A stretch of 24,000 nucleotides of DNA from NCBI GenBank assembly GCA_045545175.1, contig JAZQAK010000047.1:98975-122974 (forward strand), read 5' to 3'. The translations under genes and the position numbers were made by a program. Source of the stretch: Feifaniaceae bacterium. GTDB taxonomy: Bacteria; Bacillota; Clostridia; Oscillospirales; Feifaniaceae. Of the stretch, positions 9,424 through 18,660 are shown one piece after another. The notes under the pieces are model-generated. The model did no database searches and had not been told where the DNA came from. It was given only the letters and a program-made list of their open reading frames with translations. Every line of letters begins with the position of its first letter. The first letter of the stretch is position 1.

Positions 9424-10205
9424 CCCAATCTATGAGCATTTTCAACAATTGCATTTACATCGGGCACAGTATTCTTCCCGTCTCTGCTTATGCAAAGTAA
9501 AAATTCTATATTCCCCTCTCCGCCTCTTATCGGAGAAAAATCAAGCCCGCAGATATTAAAACCTGCATCTTGAAAACAACGGATAACATCTTTTATAATC
9601 GCGGAATGAACTTTTTTGTCCTTCACCACACCGCTTTTTGATATGCCGACTCCTCCGCACTCAAACTGTGGCTTTATGAGCATGACAATCTGTGTTTTTT
9701 CCGACGAGAGTCTGCATATTGCGTCTTTAATATGTTTTAATGAAATAAAACTGACGTCAACCGAAATAAAATCAAAAGAAGTCTCCGGTTTAAAGTTTCT
9801 TATATCACAATTCTCCAAAGAACAGACTCTATCATTTTCCAAAAGCAAAGAATCAAGTTGTGACGTTCCGACATCGACTGCATACACTTTGCTGGCACCG
9901 TGTTCAAGCATACAATGCGTAAAACCACCCGTTGATGCACCTACGTCAAGACAAACCTTATCAAGAACGGATATATCAAAGCTATGCAAGGCTTTTTCAA
10001 GTTTTTCCCCTGCCCTGCTGACATACTTGTACGGCTGAGCAAGAAGTTCAATTTCACATGAATTATCAAATTTTTCAGAAACTTTTTTAACAGTCTTACC
10101 GTTAACTTTTACAAGACCCATTTCAATTGCAGACTGCGCTTTTGACCTGCTTTTTAAAATTTGTTTTTCTACTAAAAGCGTATCAATTCTGATTTTATTT
10201 TCCAT
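9420..10205 (-). CDS. tlyA: TlyA family rRNA (cytidine-2'-O)-methyltransferase / hemolysin A family protein
   Basis: MENKIRIDTLLVEKQILKSRSKAQSAIEMGLVKVNGKTVKK (S4 domain) followed by SRAGEKLEKAL...CLDVGASTGGFTHCMLEHGA methyltransferase fold. Start placed at internal ATG 10205 rather than the track's 10235. Confidence 0.93.
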   Translation of the reverse strand: MENKIRIDTLLVEKQILKSRSKAQSAIEMGLVKVNGKTVKKVSEKFDNSCEIELLAQPYKYVSRAGEKLEKALHSFDISVLDKVCLDVGASTGGFTHCMLEHGASKVYAVDVGTSQLDSLLLENDRVCSLENCDIRNFKPETSFDFISVDVSFISLKHIKDAICRLSSEKTQIVMLIKPQFECGGVGISKSGVVKDKKVHSAIIKDVIRCFQDAGFNICGLDFSPIRGGEGNIEFLLCISRDGKNTVPDVNAIVENAHRLG

Positions 10206-12021
10206 CAAATATCTCCAGAACGGAACGTGCATCAAGTCCTGTCATACGATACTGTTCTTCGACAGTTCCCTGCTTTACAAAACTGTTTACCGCATAGACA
10301 CTGCAATTCATATGTTTAGCAAAAGAAAGGGCAACACCACCGTTTTCCATTCCTTCTTCAAAAAACATAGTTTTTTCACACGGACCAATAATGGACTTTA
10401 TTGCAGAAAAATCAATATCGGTGAGTTTATAAAGTGCTATAATTCCTATTTTTTTATCAGTAAGTTTTTTAGCTTCAAACAGATTGATAACCTGTCTGCC
10501 ATAGCTTATTGCTATTATATCGGCACCTTCACAGTCAAATGCTTTATAGTCTTCAGTAAAGGAAAGCAACTCGGCATAATCTTCATTCTGACTGCCCTTA
10601 GGATATCTGACACACGTTAGACCGCCTGCTTTAAGACCTTCCGAAACTGCATACTCCTGCTGTTTGTACGTAATAGGCGAATACATTGTAACACCCGGTA
10701 TCTCAAGAAGCATAGACACGTCAAAGAGTCCCTGATGCGTCTCCCCGTCATCGCCTACAAAACCCGCTCTGTCAACAGCAAGTATTACAGGCAAATTCTG
10801 AAGTGCAACGTCGTGCAGTATCTGGTCAAAACTGCGTTGCAAAAACGAAGAATAGCAGGCAAAAACAGGCTTATAGCCATTTATAGCAAGTCCTGCAGCA
10901 AAAGTAACTGCATGCGCCTCAGCTATTCCTACGTCAAAAAATCTTTCAGGAAAGTGCTTTTCAAAACAGTCGAATCCAACACCGTCACACATAGCAGCGG
11001 TTATTGCGCAAATGGTTTCATCACTCTTTGCACATTCAGTTAAATATTTTCCAAAGTTGCTCGAAAAAGTTTCGCTGGTATTAAGCTTGACACCATAATC
11101 GGCATCAAAACCCGATACACCGTGATAAAGCGTAGGGTTGTCCTCTGCCTTGTCATAGCCGTGTCCTTTAATTGTTTTCAAGTGTACGACACACGGATAT
11201 TCAAGTTCCTTAACACGTTCAAACACCATTTCAATCTTGTTTTCATCATGTCCGTCAATAGGCCCGAAATACCGAAAGCCCATATTTTCAAAATAGTTCC
11301 CCTGTCCTTTTGTAAGAAGGTTTTTAAAACCGTTTTTAATCTTTCTTACAGTATTATACAGGACGTTACCTATAAGTGGCACAGAATTCAAATGCTTAGT
11401 AACGTTATCTTTAAAATTGAAATATTTTCTGGTCGAAGTGTAGGACGACAAATATTTTGAAAGAGCACCCACGTTTTTAGAAATCGACTGACCGTTGTCA
11501 TTTATAACAATAAGAAGTTTCGTTTTACTTCTGCCTGCGTTATTGATACCCTCAAACGCAAGACCTCCCGTCATAGCACCGTCGCCGATAACAGCAATTG
11601 TAAAAGAATCATCTTTTTTCAGTTTGTTTGCCGTTGCAATTCCAAGAGCGGCTGATACAGACGTACTGCTATGTCCTGCCAAAAAGGCGTCGTGAACACT
11701 TTCATCGGGACGCGGAAAACCCGACAACCCGTCTTTTTTCCTGAGTTTCGAGAAATCCTTCGCTCTTCCCGTAAGGATCTTATGTACGTAACTCTGGTGA
11801 CCGACATCAAAAACTATTTTATCGGTCGGCGTATCAAAGACTCTGTGCAGTGCAACCGTGAGCTCAACAACACCGAGATTTGAAGCAAGATGCCCACCCG
11901 TCTTAGAAACGTTTTCCATAAGAAAATCTCTGATATCCTTACAAAGACACGGAACATTTTCAGGCGAGACGTCTTTTATTGATTTGCCGTCTAAAATATC
12001 CGAAAGAACATTATATTCCAT
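10195..12021 (-). CDS. dxs: 1-deoxy-D-xylulose-5-phosphate synthase
   Basis: MEYNVLSDILDGKSIKDVSPENVPCL...GDGAMTGGLAFEG...FVGDDGETHQGLFDVS. Track start 12027 is TTG; ATG at 12021 preferred. Confidence 0.97.
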   Translation of the reverse strand: MEYNVLSDILDGKSIKDVSPENVPCLCKDIRDFLMENVSKTGGHLASNLGVVELTVALHRVFDTPTDKIVFDVGHQSYVHKILTGRAKDFSKLRKKDGLSGFPRPDESVHDAFLAGHSSTSVSAALGIATANKLKKDDSFTIAVIGDGAMTGGLAFEGINNAGRSKTKLLIVINDNGQSISKNVGALSKYLSSYTSTRKYFNFKDNVTKHLNSVPLIGNVLYNTVRKIKNGFKNLLTKGQGNYFENMGFRYFGPIDGHDENKIEMVFERVKELEYPCVVHLKTIKGHGYDKAEDNPTLYHGVSGFDADYGVKLNTSETFSSNFGKYLTECAKSDETICAITAAMCDGVGFDCFEKHFPERFFDVGIAEAHAVTFAAGLAINGYKPVFACYSSFLQRSFDQILHDVALQNLPVILAVDRAGFVGDDGETHQGLFDVSMLLEIPGVTMYSPITYKQQEYAVSEGLKAGGLTCVRYPKGSQNEDYAELLSFTEDYKAFDCEGADIIAISYGRQVINLFEAKKLTDKKIGIIALYKLTDIDFSAIKSIIGPCEKTMFFEEGMENGGVALSFAKHMNCSVYAVNSFVKQGTVEEQYRMTGLDARSVLEIFDGK

Positions 12022-12023
12022 AA

Positions 12024-12899
12024 TCAATACTCCCTGCAGAGCAAGTAATCTGCAAGTAATTTAACCTCATCAGTATTATAAAATTCAGAAAGATATGTTA
12101 TGCATTTATCCGTATATTCTTTTGCCGCAGTGCGTGCACCTTCAAGTCCGAGAAGTGTAACAAACGTTGTCTTGTCAAGTTTCTCATCACTGCCGGTCTT
12201 TTTACCCAAAACCTTTTCATCGCCTACAGCATCAAGAATATCATCTATTATCTGGAATGCTATTCCAAGATTAATGCCGAATGCATCTGCCGCATTTACC
12301 TGCTCATCCGTACCTCCGCCTAAAATAACACCGATACGGCAAGCACACGACAGAAGAGCACCTGTTTTAAGAGCATACATTGAAGTAAGCGAAGTTACAT
12401 CGTCAAGTTTTTGCGTAACGTCAACAACCTGACCTCCAAGCATACCGTAAGTTCCCGAACAGTTAGCAAGCACGAGTGCCGCTTTTTTGACTTTATCTGC
12501 CGGAAAAGAATTTGACGTAAGCACGGTTTCAAATGCTGTATTCAGAAGTGCATCACCCGAAAGTACCGCAATATTTTCACCAAAAACCTTATGATTAGAA
12601 GGCTTTCCCCTTCTCATATCATCGTCATCCATACAGGGCAAATCATCATGTATAAGCGAATAAGTATGTATCATTTCAAGGGCAGCAGCAAAATCAACCG
12701 CCCTCTGCCATGCAGGGTCAAACATTCTGTAAAACATAAACAAAAGAGCCGGCCTTATCCTTTTACCGCCGTTACGTACGGAATAAAGCATCGCCTCAAA
12801 TATTGTTTTTTGTTTTGTTTGCACACCCCTTGAAAGAATACTTTCTATTCTCTCTTCACAGCATTTTGCATACAAAGCCAAATTATCTTTAATATCCAT
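12024..12899 (-). CDS. ispA: Polyprenyl (farnesyl/geranyl) diphosphate synthase
   Basis: 291 aa with first Asp-rich motif DDLPCMDDDDMRRG and second DDILD; between xseB and dxs. Confidence 0.94.
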   Translation of the reverse strand: MDIKDNLALYAKCCEERIESILSRGVQTKQKTIFEAMLYSVRNGGKRIRPALLFMFYRMFDPAWQRAVDFAAALEMIHTYSLIHDDLPCMDDDDMRRGKPSNHKVFGENIAVLSGDALLNTAFETVLTSNSFPADKVKKAALVLANCSGTYGMLGGQVVDVTQKLDDVTSLTSMYALKTGALLSCACRIGVILGGGTDEQVNAADAFGINLGIAFQIIDDILDAVGDEKVLGKKTGSDEKLDKTTFVTLLGLEGARTAAKEYTDKCITYLSEFYNTDEVKLLADYLLCREY

Positions 12900-13132
12900 T
12901 ATTCCTCCGACGCAGTGAAATCCTGCTTCGCTTTACCGCCTACACCGTCATCTACAAGAATTTTAATTTTTTTCTCCGCTTCCGTTATGAGTTTGTTGCA
13001 GACTTTAGTAAGTTTTACTGCTTCTTCGTATAAATTCATAAGCTCATCAAGCGGAGCATCACCGTTTTCAAGCAATCTTACTATTTCTTCAAGACGCTTA
13101 ACGGAGCTTTCGAAATTCATATTATTTTCCAT
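12899..13132 (-). CDS. xseB: Exodeoxyribonuclease VII small subunit
   Basis: 77 aa NFESSVKRLEEIVRLLENGDAPLDELMNLYEEAVKLTKVC; stop codon overlaps ispA ATG (TAATG). Confidence 0.95.
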   Translation of the reverse strand: MENNMNFESSVKRLEEIVRLLENGDAPLDELMNLYEEAVKLTKVCNKLITEAEKKIKILVDDGVGGKAKQDFTASEE

Positions 13133-13134
13133 AA

Positions 13135-14346
13135 TTAATTCCTTTTTTCTATTTCATCAACTGTTGCAATTACCTTGCCGTTTTTAAAAATGACGTCAAT
13201 TCTGTCACCGCATCCAACGTCATCAACTGAACGTATTATCTTTTCACCCGAAGTTGCATAAGCATAACCCCTTGATAATACCCCAAGCGGACTAAGTGCC
13301 TCGAGTTTTGATACAGTCTGCAGAAACGCATTCTTTCTTCGTTCTACCGAATGATTTATTAACGTATCAATTTTTTCGGTAAAACTCAAAATCAACGTTT
13401 TCTTATCGTCAACAAGTATGGCAGGGTCATTTAAAATACGATGCCCTGACAGTGTATCAAGTTTTACTTTCTTTTCTCTTATCGTCCTTCTCGTATAAGC
13501 AAGAACGGCATTTTTAAGATTTGAAAATTTTTCAATAAGTTCATTACTGTCCGGCACGCAGAGTTCAGCCGCTGCAGACGGTGTAGGTGCACGAAGATCG
13601 CTCACAAAATCACATATGGTAAAATCCGTTTCATGACCGACTGCTGATATAACGGGAATTGTGCAGTCATAAACGGTACGGGCAAGCGTTTCATCGTTGA
13701 ATGCCCATAAATCTTCTATGGAACCTCCGCCTCTGCCAATAATAATTACGTTGACTGACTTTGTCGCATCAAAATACTTTACCGCTTCCACAAGTGACGA
13801 CGCCGCATTTTCACCCTGAACAAGCGCAGGATACAGCACGATTTCAGCAAGAGGAAATCGTCTTGTTATAACGTTTATTATATCTCTTACAGCCGCACCG
13901 GTAGGAGAAGTAATTACACCGACTCTATAAGGAATCTTGGGTAATTTTTTCTTGTGTTCAGGAGCAAACAGTCCCTCAGCTTCAAGTTTCTTTTTAAGCT
14001 GCTCGTATGCTATATATAGAGTGCCTACCCCATCAGGAATCATTTCATCGATATAAAGTTGGTAAGAACCGCCCTGCTCATATACCGAGACACGACCTTT
14101 ACACAAAACCTTCATACCGTCTTCAGGCACAAACGCAAGTTTTGACGCCTTACCCGAAAACATTATGGCTTTGATAACGCCACCATCATCCTTGAGAGAC
14201 ATATATAGATGCCCCGTTCTTATGTGGTTGATAAAATTTGATATTTCACCCTTAATCCATATACCAAATAAATTTGCATCCGAGTCAAATTTCTGTTTTA
14301 AGTATCTGTTAAGCTGCGATACAGAAACAGCATTAGCCTGTTCCAT
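13135..14346 (-). CDS. xseA: Exodeoxyribonuclease VII large subunit
   Basis: MEQANAVSVSQLNRYLKQKFDSDANLFGIWIKGEISNF...GVITSPTGAAVRDI...GRGGGSIEDLWAFNDE. Track start 14382 is TTG inside nusB; ATG 14346 immediately after the nusB stop is more likely. Confidence 0.95.
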   Translation of the reverse strand: MEQANAVSVSQLNRYLKQKFDSDANLFGIWIKGEISNFINHIRTGHLYMSLKDDGGVIKAIMFSGKASKLAFVPEDGMKVLCKGRVSVYEQGGSYQLYIDEMIPDGVGTLYIAYEQLKKKLEAEGLFAPEHKKKLPKIPYRVGVITSPTGAAVRDIINVITRRFPLAEIVLYPALVQGENAASSLVEAVKYFDATKSVNVIIIGRGGGSIEDLWAFNDETLARTVYDCTIPVISAVGHETDFTICDFVSDLRAPTPSAAAELCVPDSNELIEKFSNLKNAVLAYTRRTIREKKVKLDTLSGHRILNDPAILVDDKKTLILSFTEKIDTLINHSVERRKNAFLQTVSKLEALSPLGVLSRGYAYATSGEKIIRSVDDVGCGDRIDVIFKNGKVIATVDEIEKRN

Positions 14347-14347
14347 A

Positions 14348-14734
14348 TTACTTTGCAACCGCGCCAAGTATTCCGTTGACAAACGACGCCGCCTCAGGCA
14401 TATCGTATTTCTTTGTCAATTCAACGGCTTCGTTAATGGCAACTGCAGATGATATATCAGTATATTTTAATTCATATACTGCCATTCTCAATGCCGCAAG
14501 TGCAGCCTTACTTATCCTTGCTGACGACCAGTTACTGCTGTTTGCAGATATTACTGAATCTATATCTTCAATATTATTCGCAACGCCTTCAAGCAAATCT
14601 CTGCCAAAGTCATCAAGCATTAACCCTCTTTCTTCCAATGCAAGCGCCTGCATCTCGTCGAGAGAGTCAAATTTACCGTAACCGTATTCAAATATAAGAA
14701 GATATGCATTTTCTCTTGATGTATGTCTGTTCAT
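14348..14734 (-). CDS. nusB: Transcription antitermination factor NusB
   Basis: 128 aa MNRHTSRENAYLLIFEYGY...ALRMAVYELKYTDISSAVAINEAVELTKKYDMPEAASFVNGILGAV. Confidence 0.95.
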   Translation of the reverse strand: MNRHTSRENAYLLIFEYGYGKFDSLDEMQALALEERGLMLDDFGRDLLEGVANNIEDIDSVISANSSNWSSARISKAALAALRMAVYELKYTDISSAVAINEAVELTKKYDMPEAASFVNGILGAVAK

Positions 14735-14754
14735 AATCCACCTCGTTTCAAAAT

Positions 14755-14783
14755 ATTATATCACTATACAAATATTTATGCAA
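14755..14783 (-). promoter_or_regulatory. Candidate SigA promoter for nusB transcription unit
   Basis: Minus strand TTGCAT (14783-14778), 17-bp spacer, TATAAT (14760-14755). Confidence 0.7.
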
Positions 14784-14809
14784 TAATATGAGTAATACTT
14801 ATATAAATA

Positions 14810-14838
14810 AAAGTGCGTTCATAAACTGAACGCACTTT
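14810..14838 (-). terminator. Rho-independent terminator after the Asp23-family gene
   Basis: 11-bp perfect stem AAAGTGCGTTC / GAACGCACTTT, 7-nt loop, followed on minus strand by TTTATTTATAT. Confidence 0.8.
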
Positions 14839-14843
14839 AAAAA

Positions 14844-15188
14844 TTATTCTTCTTCTTTTTTCTGGTCAATATTTATGCCTGAAACAACAATATCAACTTT
14901 AGAAACAGACATACCGCACATATCCTGCACGTTTTTAACAACACTTTCCTGTATCTGAGAAGTAATATCAACGATTTTTACACCGTAGTCAATAACAACC
15001 GAAGCTTCAATCGAAACGGTATTATCCTTAATTTCAACCTTGATTCCTTTATAGGGAGTTTTATTCTTTATAATCCCCATAAGTTCACTGCCTGTAGCCG
15101 CCGAAACGCCGTTTATCTCGTTGATTGATTTTCCGACTATTTTCATTATTACTTCTTCTGATATTTTAAGATTGCCTATTGTATCCAT
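14844..15188 (-). CDS. Asp23/Gls24 family envelope stress response protein
   Basis: MDTIGNLKISEEVIMKIVGKSINEINGVSAATG...VEASVVIDYGVKIVDITSQIQESVVKNVQDMCGMSVSKVDIVVSGI; GCGGAGG SD before ATG 15188 (track start 15203). Confidence 0.93.
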   Translation of the reverse strand: MDTIGNLKISEEVIMKIVGKSINEINGVSAATGSELMGIIKNKTPYKGIKVEIKDNTVSIEASVVIDYGVKIVDITSQIQESVVKNVQDMCGMSVSKVDIVVSGINIDQKKEEE

Positions 15189-15239
15189 AACAAACCTCCG
15201 CATGCTTTTTTTATATTATACACCACAGAGGCATAAAAA

Positions 15240-15782
15240 TCAATTGATTTCGACTACTGTTATATTTTTTGCTCCGATACCCGTCTCTCTCGTGACTATT
15301 TCACTGATCTGTGCCACTTCTTTTCCGAGTAATCCTTCACTCTGAACCATTACGGTAACGCTGTCTTCATCGCATACCGCCAGTGCACCCGCAAAGCCTT
15401 TAGCGGTTATCATATTTTCAATGTTTCCCTCGTTTACGGTCTGCTGAGCTATTTTTTCCTTCTTCTCATTAGCAGAATTTTTATCATCCTGAGAACTGTT
15501 TTCATCGCTGATTATTTCGTCGAGTATTTCAAGAGCCTCGTCTCTCGAAGTTGTTCTTGTCAATCGTGCAGATGCAAAATATGCATTTTCATCAATTTCA
15601 GCATTTACAAGTTTTGCTTCTCCGAGAACTTTATCTGCCTCGTATTCTATATCATCGCTTAAAATATCAACGTCTGTTACTGCTGTGTCATTACCACCCA
15701 ATTGTCTATTTAGAAAAACCGACATACATACTACAAGTACCATACCAAATAAAACAAACTGCTTTTTCTTTAAAATTTTCAT
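15240..15782 (-). CDS. spoIIIAH: Stage III sporulation protein AH
   Basis: 180 aa, N-terminal TM (MKILKKKQFVLFGMVLVVCMSVFLNRQL) and C-terminal EKIAQQTVNEGNIENMITAKGFAGALAVCDEDSVTVMVQSEGLLGKEVAQISEIV; last gene of the spoIIIA cluster. Confidence 0.93.
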   Translation of the reverse strand: MKILKKKQFVLFGMVLVVCMSVFLNRQLGGNDTAVTDVDILSDDIEYEADKVLGEAKLVNAEIDENAYFASARLTRTTSRDEALEILDEIISDENSSQDDKNSANEKKEKIAQQTVNEGNIENMITAKGFAGALAVCDEDSVTVMVQSEGLLGKEVAQISEIVTRETGIGAKNITVVEIN

Positions 15783-15793
15783 AATACCCTCCG

Positions 15794-16237
15794 CTATGAT
15801 ATTTTTTTACTCACACTTATTCTTGACGACGAAACGTCTGTCAGGGACTTGATTGTAGCAATCACCTGATTTTGAACCGAAACATCGTCTGCACCGTCAA
15901 TCACAACGGCAACACCTCTGATTTTAGGCTGATTTGTTTTAATAAGCGTCGGAGATGATGAATAACCAACACTTGCATACACCGCTTCACCGCTATTTTC
16001 GAGCGTAACGGCAACACTGCATTCCCCAACTCCGTCTATACTTTTCAATACATTCTCAAGTTTATTTTCAATTTCCTCTACGTATACCCGTTCGTCATAT
16101 ATATCTTTCGTCGCCCCGTTGCTGCTGCCAAAGAGCATAAGCACTACACCTGCAACAACAGCAACGATAAGTATTAGTATTCTTTTATAGTCCTGATTTT
16201 TTACGTCAAATTTAAATACACCCGATTTTTTATCCAC
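15794..16237 (-). CDS. spoIIIAG: Stage III sporulation protein AG
   Basis: TM segment RILILIVAVVAGVVLMLFG and VEEIENKLENVLKSIDGVGECSVAVTLENSGEAVYA. Likely GTG start at 16237 overlapping the spoIIIAF stop, instead of the track's 16375. Confidence 0.88.
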   Translation of the reverse strand: MDKKSGVFKFDVKNQDYKRILILIVAVVAGVVLMLFGSSNGATKDIYDERVYVEEIENKLENVLKSIDGVGECSVAVTLENSGEAVYASVGYSSSPTLIKTNQPKIRGVAVVIDGADDVSVQNQVIATIKSLTDVSSSRISVSKKIS

Positions 16238-16640
16238 TGTACAACACCCTGTCCTGCGGTATACCGACAATTTCGGACAAATAAACCCCTGCCGATAAAT
16301 CTCCGCTGTAGTCAAGTCCAAGCACCATGATTTCACCGTCCTTACACTCACAATATATATTCTTAACTTCTGCATTATATTCGTTTTCTGAAAGTAATGT
16401 ATTCAACCTGCTTTTTAGTTCATCAGAATAGATAACAGAAAGCGTTTCTTCCGTTTGGTAATCAATTTTATTAAATTCAAATGATATTCCCTTTGTATTC
16501 ACAAACGGCTGAAGAATCGCCGTTATAACAATTAAGCAACAGACAAAATTTATTATTTCACGATATTTTTCACCGGTAAGCCTTTTAACAATACCACACA
16601 CGATACCGCTCACGCATATTGAATAAAAATAGTTTCCCAT
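16230..16640 (-). CDS. spoIIIAF: Stage III sporulation protein AF
   Basis: MGNYFYSICVSGIVCGIVKRLTGEKYREIINFVCCLIVITAILQPF; GAGGAT SD before ATG 16640; syntenic with AE and AG. Confidence 0.88.
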   Translation of the reverse strand: MGNYFYSICVSGIVCGIVKRLTGEKYREIINFVCCLIVITAILQPFVNTKGISFEFNKIDYQTEETLSVIYSDELKSRLNTLLSENEYNAEVKNIYCECKDGEIMVLGLDYSGDLSAGVYLSEIVGIPQDRVLYSG

Positions 16641-16648
16641 ACAAATCC

Positions 16649-17719
16649 TCACGCAACCGATATAAGAAGCGAAATTGACATTATTATATACATCATTTCG
16701 CATACGTAAAGTGCTGTAATTATCTCAAAAACACCCGTGTATCCCTTTAAAAGTGCTTTTACCGACGACTGACCGATACCTTCAGACACAACCAACCCTA
16801 TCCGCAATATCAGTAGAGTTGCAATCAACGTAAGCAGATACGGTAACAGCATAATAACAACCGAAATGATGCCGAAAATACCGCTTGTAGATACGATCAT
16901 TTTAGAGGATGCGGCTATTGTCCCGAAAGCATCTTTAACAACACCGCCCACAATAGGCATACTTCCTGAAATTATAAACTTTGCTGCAGACATACCTATG
17001 GAATCACCTGCAGATGCTATATACTTCTGCAAAGCGGTAACACCGGAAAAAACTATACCGATAATGCCTATAAGAGTTATGCATAGTTTTTTCAGCATAT
17101 CAAGCAAATTATTCAATACGCCGTTCTCTATTGCTGATGCATAAGTAAGACTTACGATTCCACTTAAAAGCGGAAAAAATATCACGGATATACAATTTGA
17201 TATAATTGACAGAATGCCCACTATCGTAGACGGCATCAATCCGGCGGATACACTCTTTCCCCCTACCGCAAGTCCTGCAGCCATATAAGAATATGTAAGC
17301 GACAGAAAACCGTTGAGTGAGGCAAGTTTTACGAACACTCCCGACAACAAAGGATATATGCTACCATGCAAAAGACATATAGAAACAATGCACGTTACAG
17401 TATCAAAGAGCTGAATATAATTTTTATCTGTTATGAGAAGCACCAGTGAACTTCCCAAAACGATAAATAACGTTCTCTCTACAAGTGGTTTTAACGAAGG
17501 AAAAACGTTTCTTACAGCCTTCTTTATGAAACCATATATTTTCCTCGGGGAGAGATGCTCTGTAAGTCGCAAACCATCATCAAGTTCTTCCTGTGAAACG
17601 TATTCTTTTACGTCCTCATCCGCACTTTCATAAATACGACTGTAGTCAACCGCAGTAACTGATATTTCAAACGAAAATATCAAAATAACCACCGACAACA
17701 CACATAATATTTTTCTCAT
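16649..17719 (-). CDS. spoIIIAE: Stage III sporulation protein AE
   Basis: 356 aa polytopic membrane protein with signal-like N-terminus; motifs such as SMSAAKFIISGSMPIVGGVVKDAFGTI. Confidence 0.93.
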   Translation of the reverse strand: MRKILCVLSVVILIFSFEISVTAVDYSRIYESADEDVKEYVSQEELDDGLRLTEHLSPRKIYGFIKKAVRNVFPSLKPLVERTLFIVLGSSLVLLITDKNYIQLFDTVTCIVSICLLHGSIYPLLSGVFVKLASLNGFLSLTYSYMAAGLAVGGKSVSAGLMPSTIVGILSIISNCISVIFFPLLSGIVSLTYASAIENGVLNNLLDMLKKLCITLIGIIGIVFSGVTALQKYIASAGDSIGMSAAKFIISGSMPIVGGVVKDAFGTIAASSKMIVSTSGIFGIISVVIMLLPYLLTLIATLLILRIGLVVSEGIGQSSVKALLKGYTGVFEIITALYVCEMMYIIMSISLLISVA

Positions 17720-18087
17720 CCTGTTAAACCTTTAATTATGTCAATAACGTTTGACAGCATTTTCAATGAAGCTGCTATAACTGCCGTTTTAGTGAAAACA
17801 GATATTGCTTCAGCAAGCGATTTTTCACCTATATCCTGGCAAATACTGCAAAGATATTCGCAAGCAACTATTATGAGCGGTATATACAAAAAAGTATTTA
17901 TACCTTTCACGTCACTTCCCACGTATTTAAGGGTAGAAATGATCTTTTCAAAAAACGACAAAGCGGCTATCAGTATAGAGATTGAGCATACCGCTGATAC
18001 AGAAAACGTCATTTTACTCTTAGACGTTCTTAACAGTAGAATAACGCATATAGCTATAAATGCACATATATAAACCTTTACAATCAT
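17716..18087 (-). CDS. spoIIIAD: Stage III sporulation protein AD
   Basis: 123 aa membrane protein, ATGA overlap with spoIIIAC, followed by spoIIIAE. Confidence 0.93.
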   Translation of the reverse strand: MIVKVYICAFIAICVILLLRTSKSKMTFSVSAVCSISILIAALSFFEKIISTLKYVGSDVKGINTFLYIPLIIVACEYLCSICQDIGEKSLAEAISVFTKTAVIAASLKMLSNVIDIIKGLTG

Positions 18088-18278
18088 ATCGTAAACGTTG
18101 TAATAATATAGTCGTAAAGTTCTTTTGCTTTAGCAAGCACGATCAACAGACCCATAATGATTCCCGCCATATTTACAAGTGACGAATATTCATCTTTACC
18201 GTTTTTTGAAAGTATAAGATTTATTGCCATCACGAGAAGTGCGAGTGCAAAGAGTTTAAGAATTATTTGAATTTCCAT
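18084..18278 (-). CDS. spoIIIAC: Stage III sporulation protein AC
   Basis: 64 aa, two TM segments, ILSKNGKDEYSSLVNMAGIIMGLLIV. Confidence 0.93.
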   Translation of the reverse strand: MEIQIILKLFALALLVMAINLILSKNGKDEYSSLVNMAGIIMGLLIVLAKAKELYDYIITTFTI

Positions 18279-18285
18279 AATTACC

Positions 18286-18660
18286 TCAATACAGAAGTGT
18301 TATTATTGCTATTCCTGTAAGAATACACAGAGCAACACCGTTTTTTTGAAGCCACTGATTTTTTTCTTTAACTGATGAGTAGTGCTCCTGCGTTTTTGAT
18401 ATAAGTTCATTAAGTGTATCAATATCCCTTATCTGATGAGCACTATCAAAAAGTTTTATATCCTCTCTGTTAAGATATTTATATTTTTCGGGAGTACAGT
18501 TTATATTCATCCCGAAGACCTCGTAATCCGATACACACTTTTTGAGTTTATCAAGATTATATTTCAGTTCCTCAATTCTGTTCCCGACCGAGTTACTGAT
18601 GATTTTACCGATAACAGCCATAGCCGTAATTATTATAAGACAGCCTATATATTTGAGCAT
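18286..18660 (-). CDS. spoIIIAB: Stage III sporulation protein AB
   Basis: 124 aa MLKYIGCLIIITAMAVIGKIISNSVGNRIEELKYNLDKL; syntenic between AA and AC. Confidence 0.92.
   Translation of the reverse strand: MLKYIGCLIIITAMAVIGKIISNSVGNRIEELKYNLDKLKKCVSDYEVFGMNINCTPEKYKYLNREDIKLFDSAHQIRDIDTLNELISKTQEHYSSVKEKNQWLQKNGVALCILTGIAIITLLY

Noticed and set aside
9616-10038. 140-aa plus-strand ORF opposite tlyA
   Set aside because: Antisense shadow of the well-supported tlyA reading frame.
14346-14382. Long overlap of xseA with nusB implied by the track
   Set aside because: The extended start is TTG without SD; ATG 14346 starts XseA (MEQANAVSVSQLNRYLK) right after nusB, so the overlap is probably an annotation artefact.
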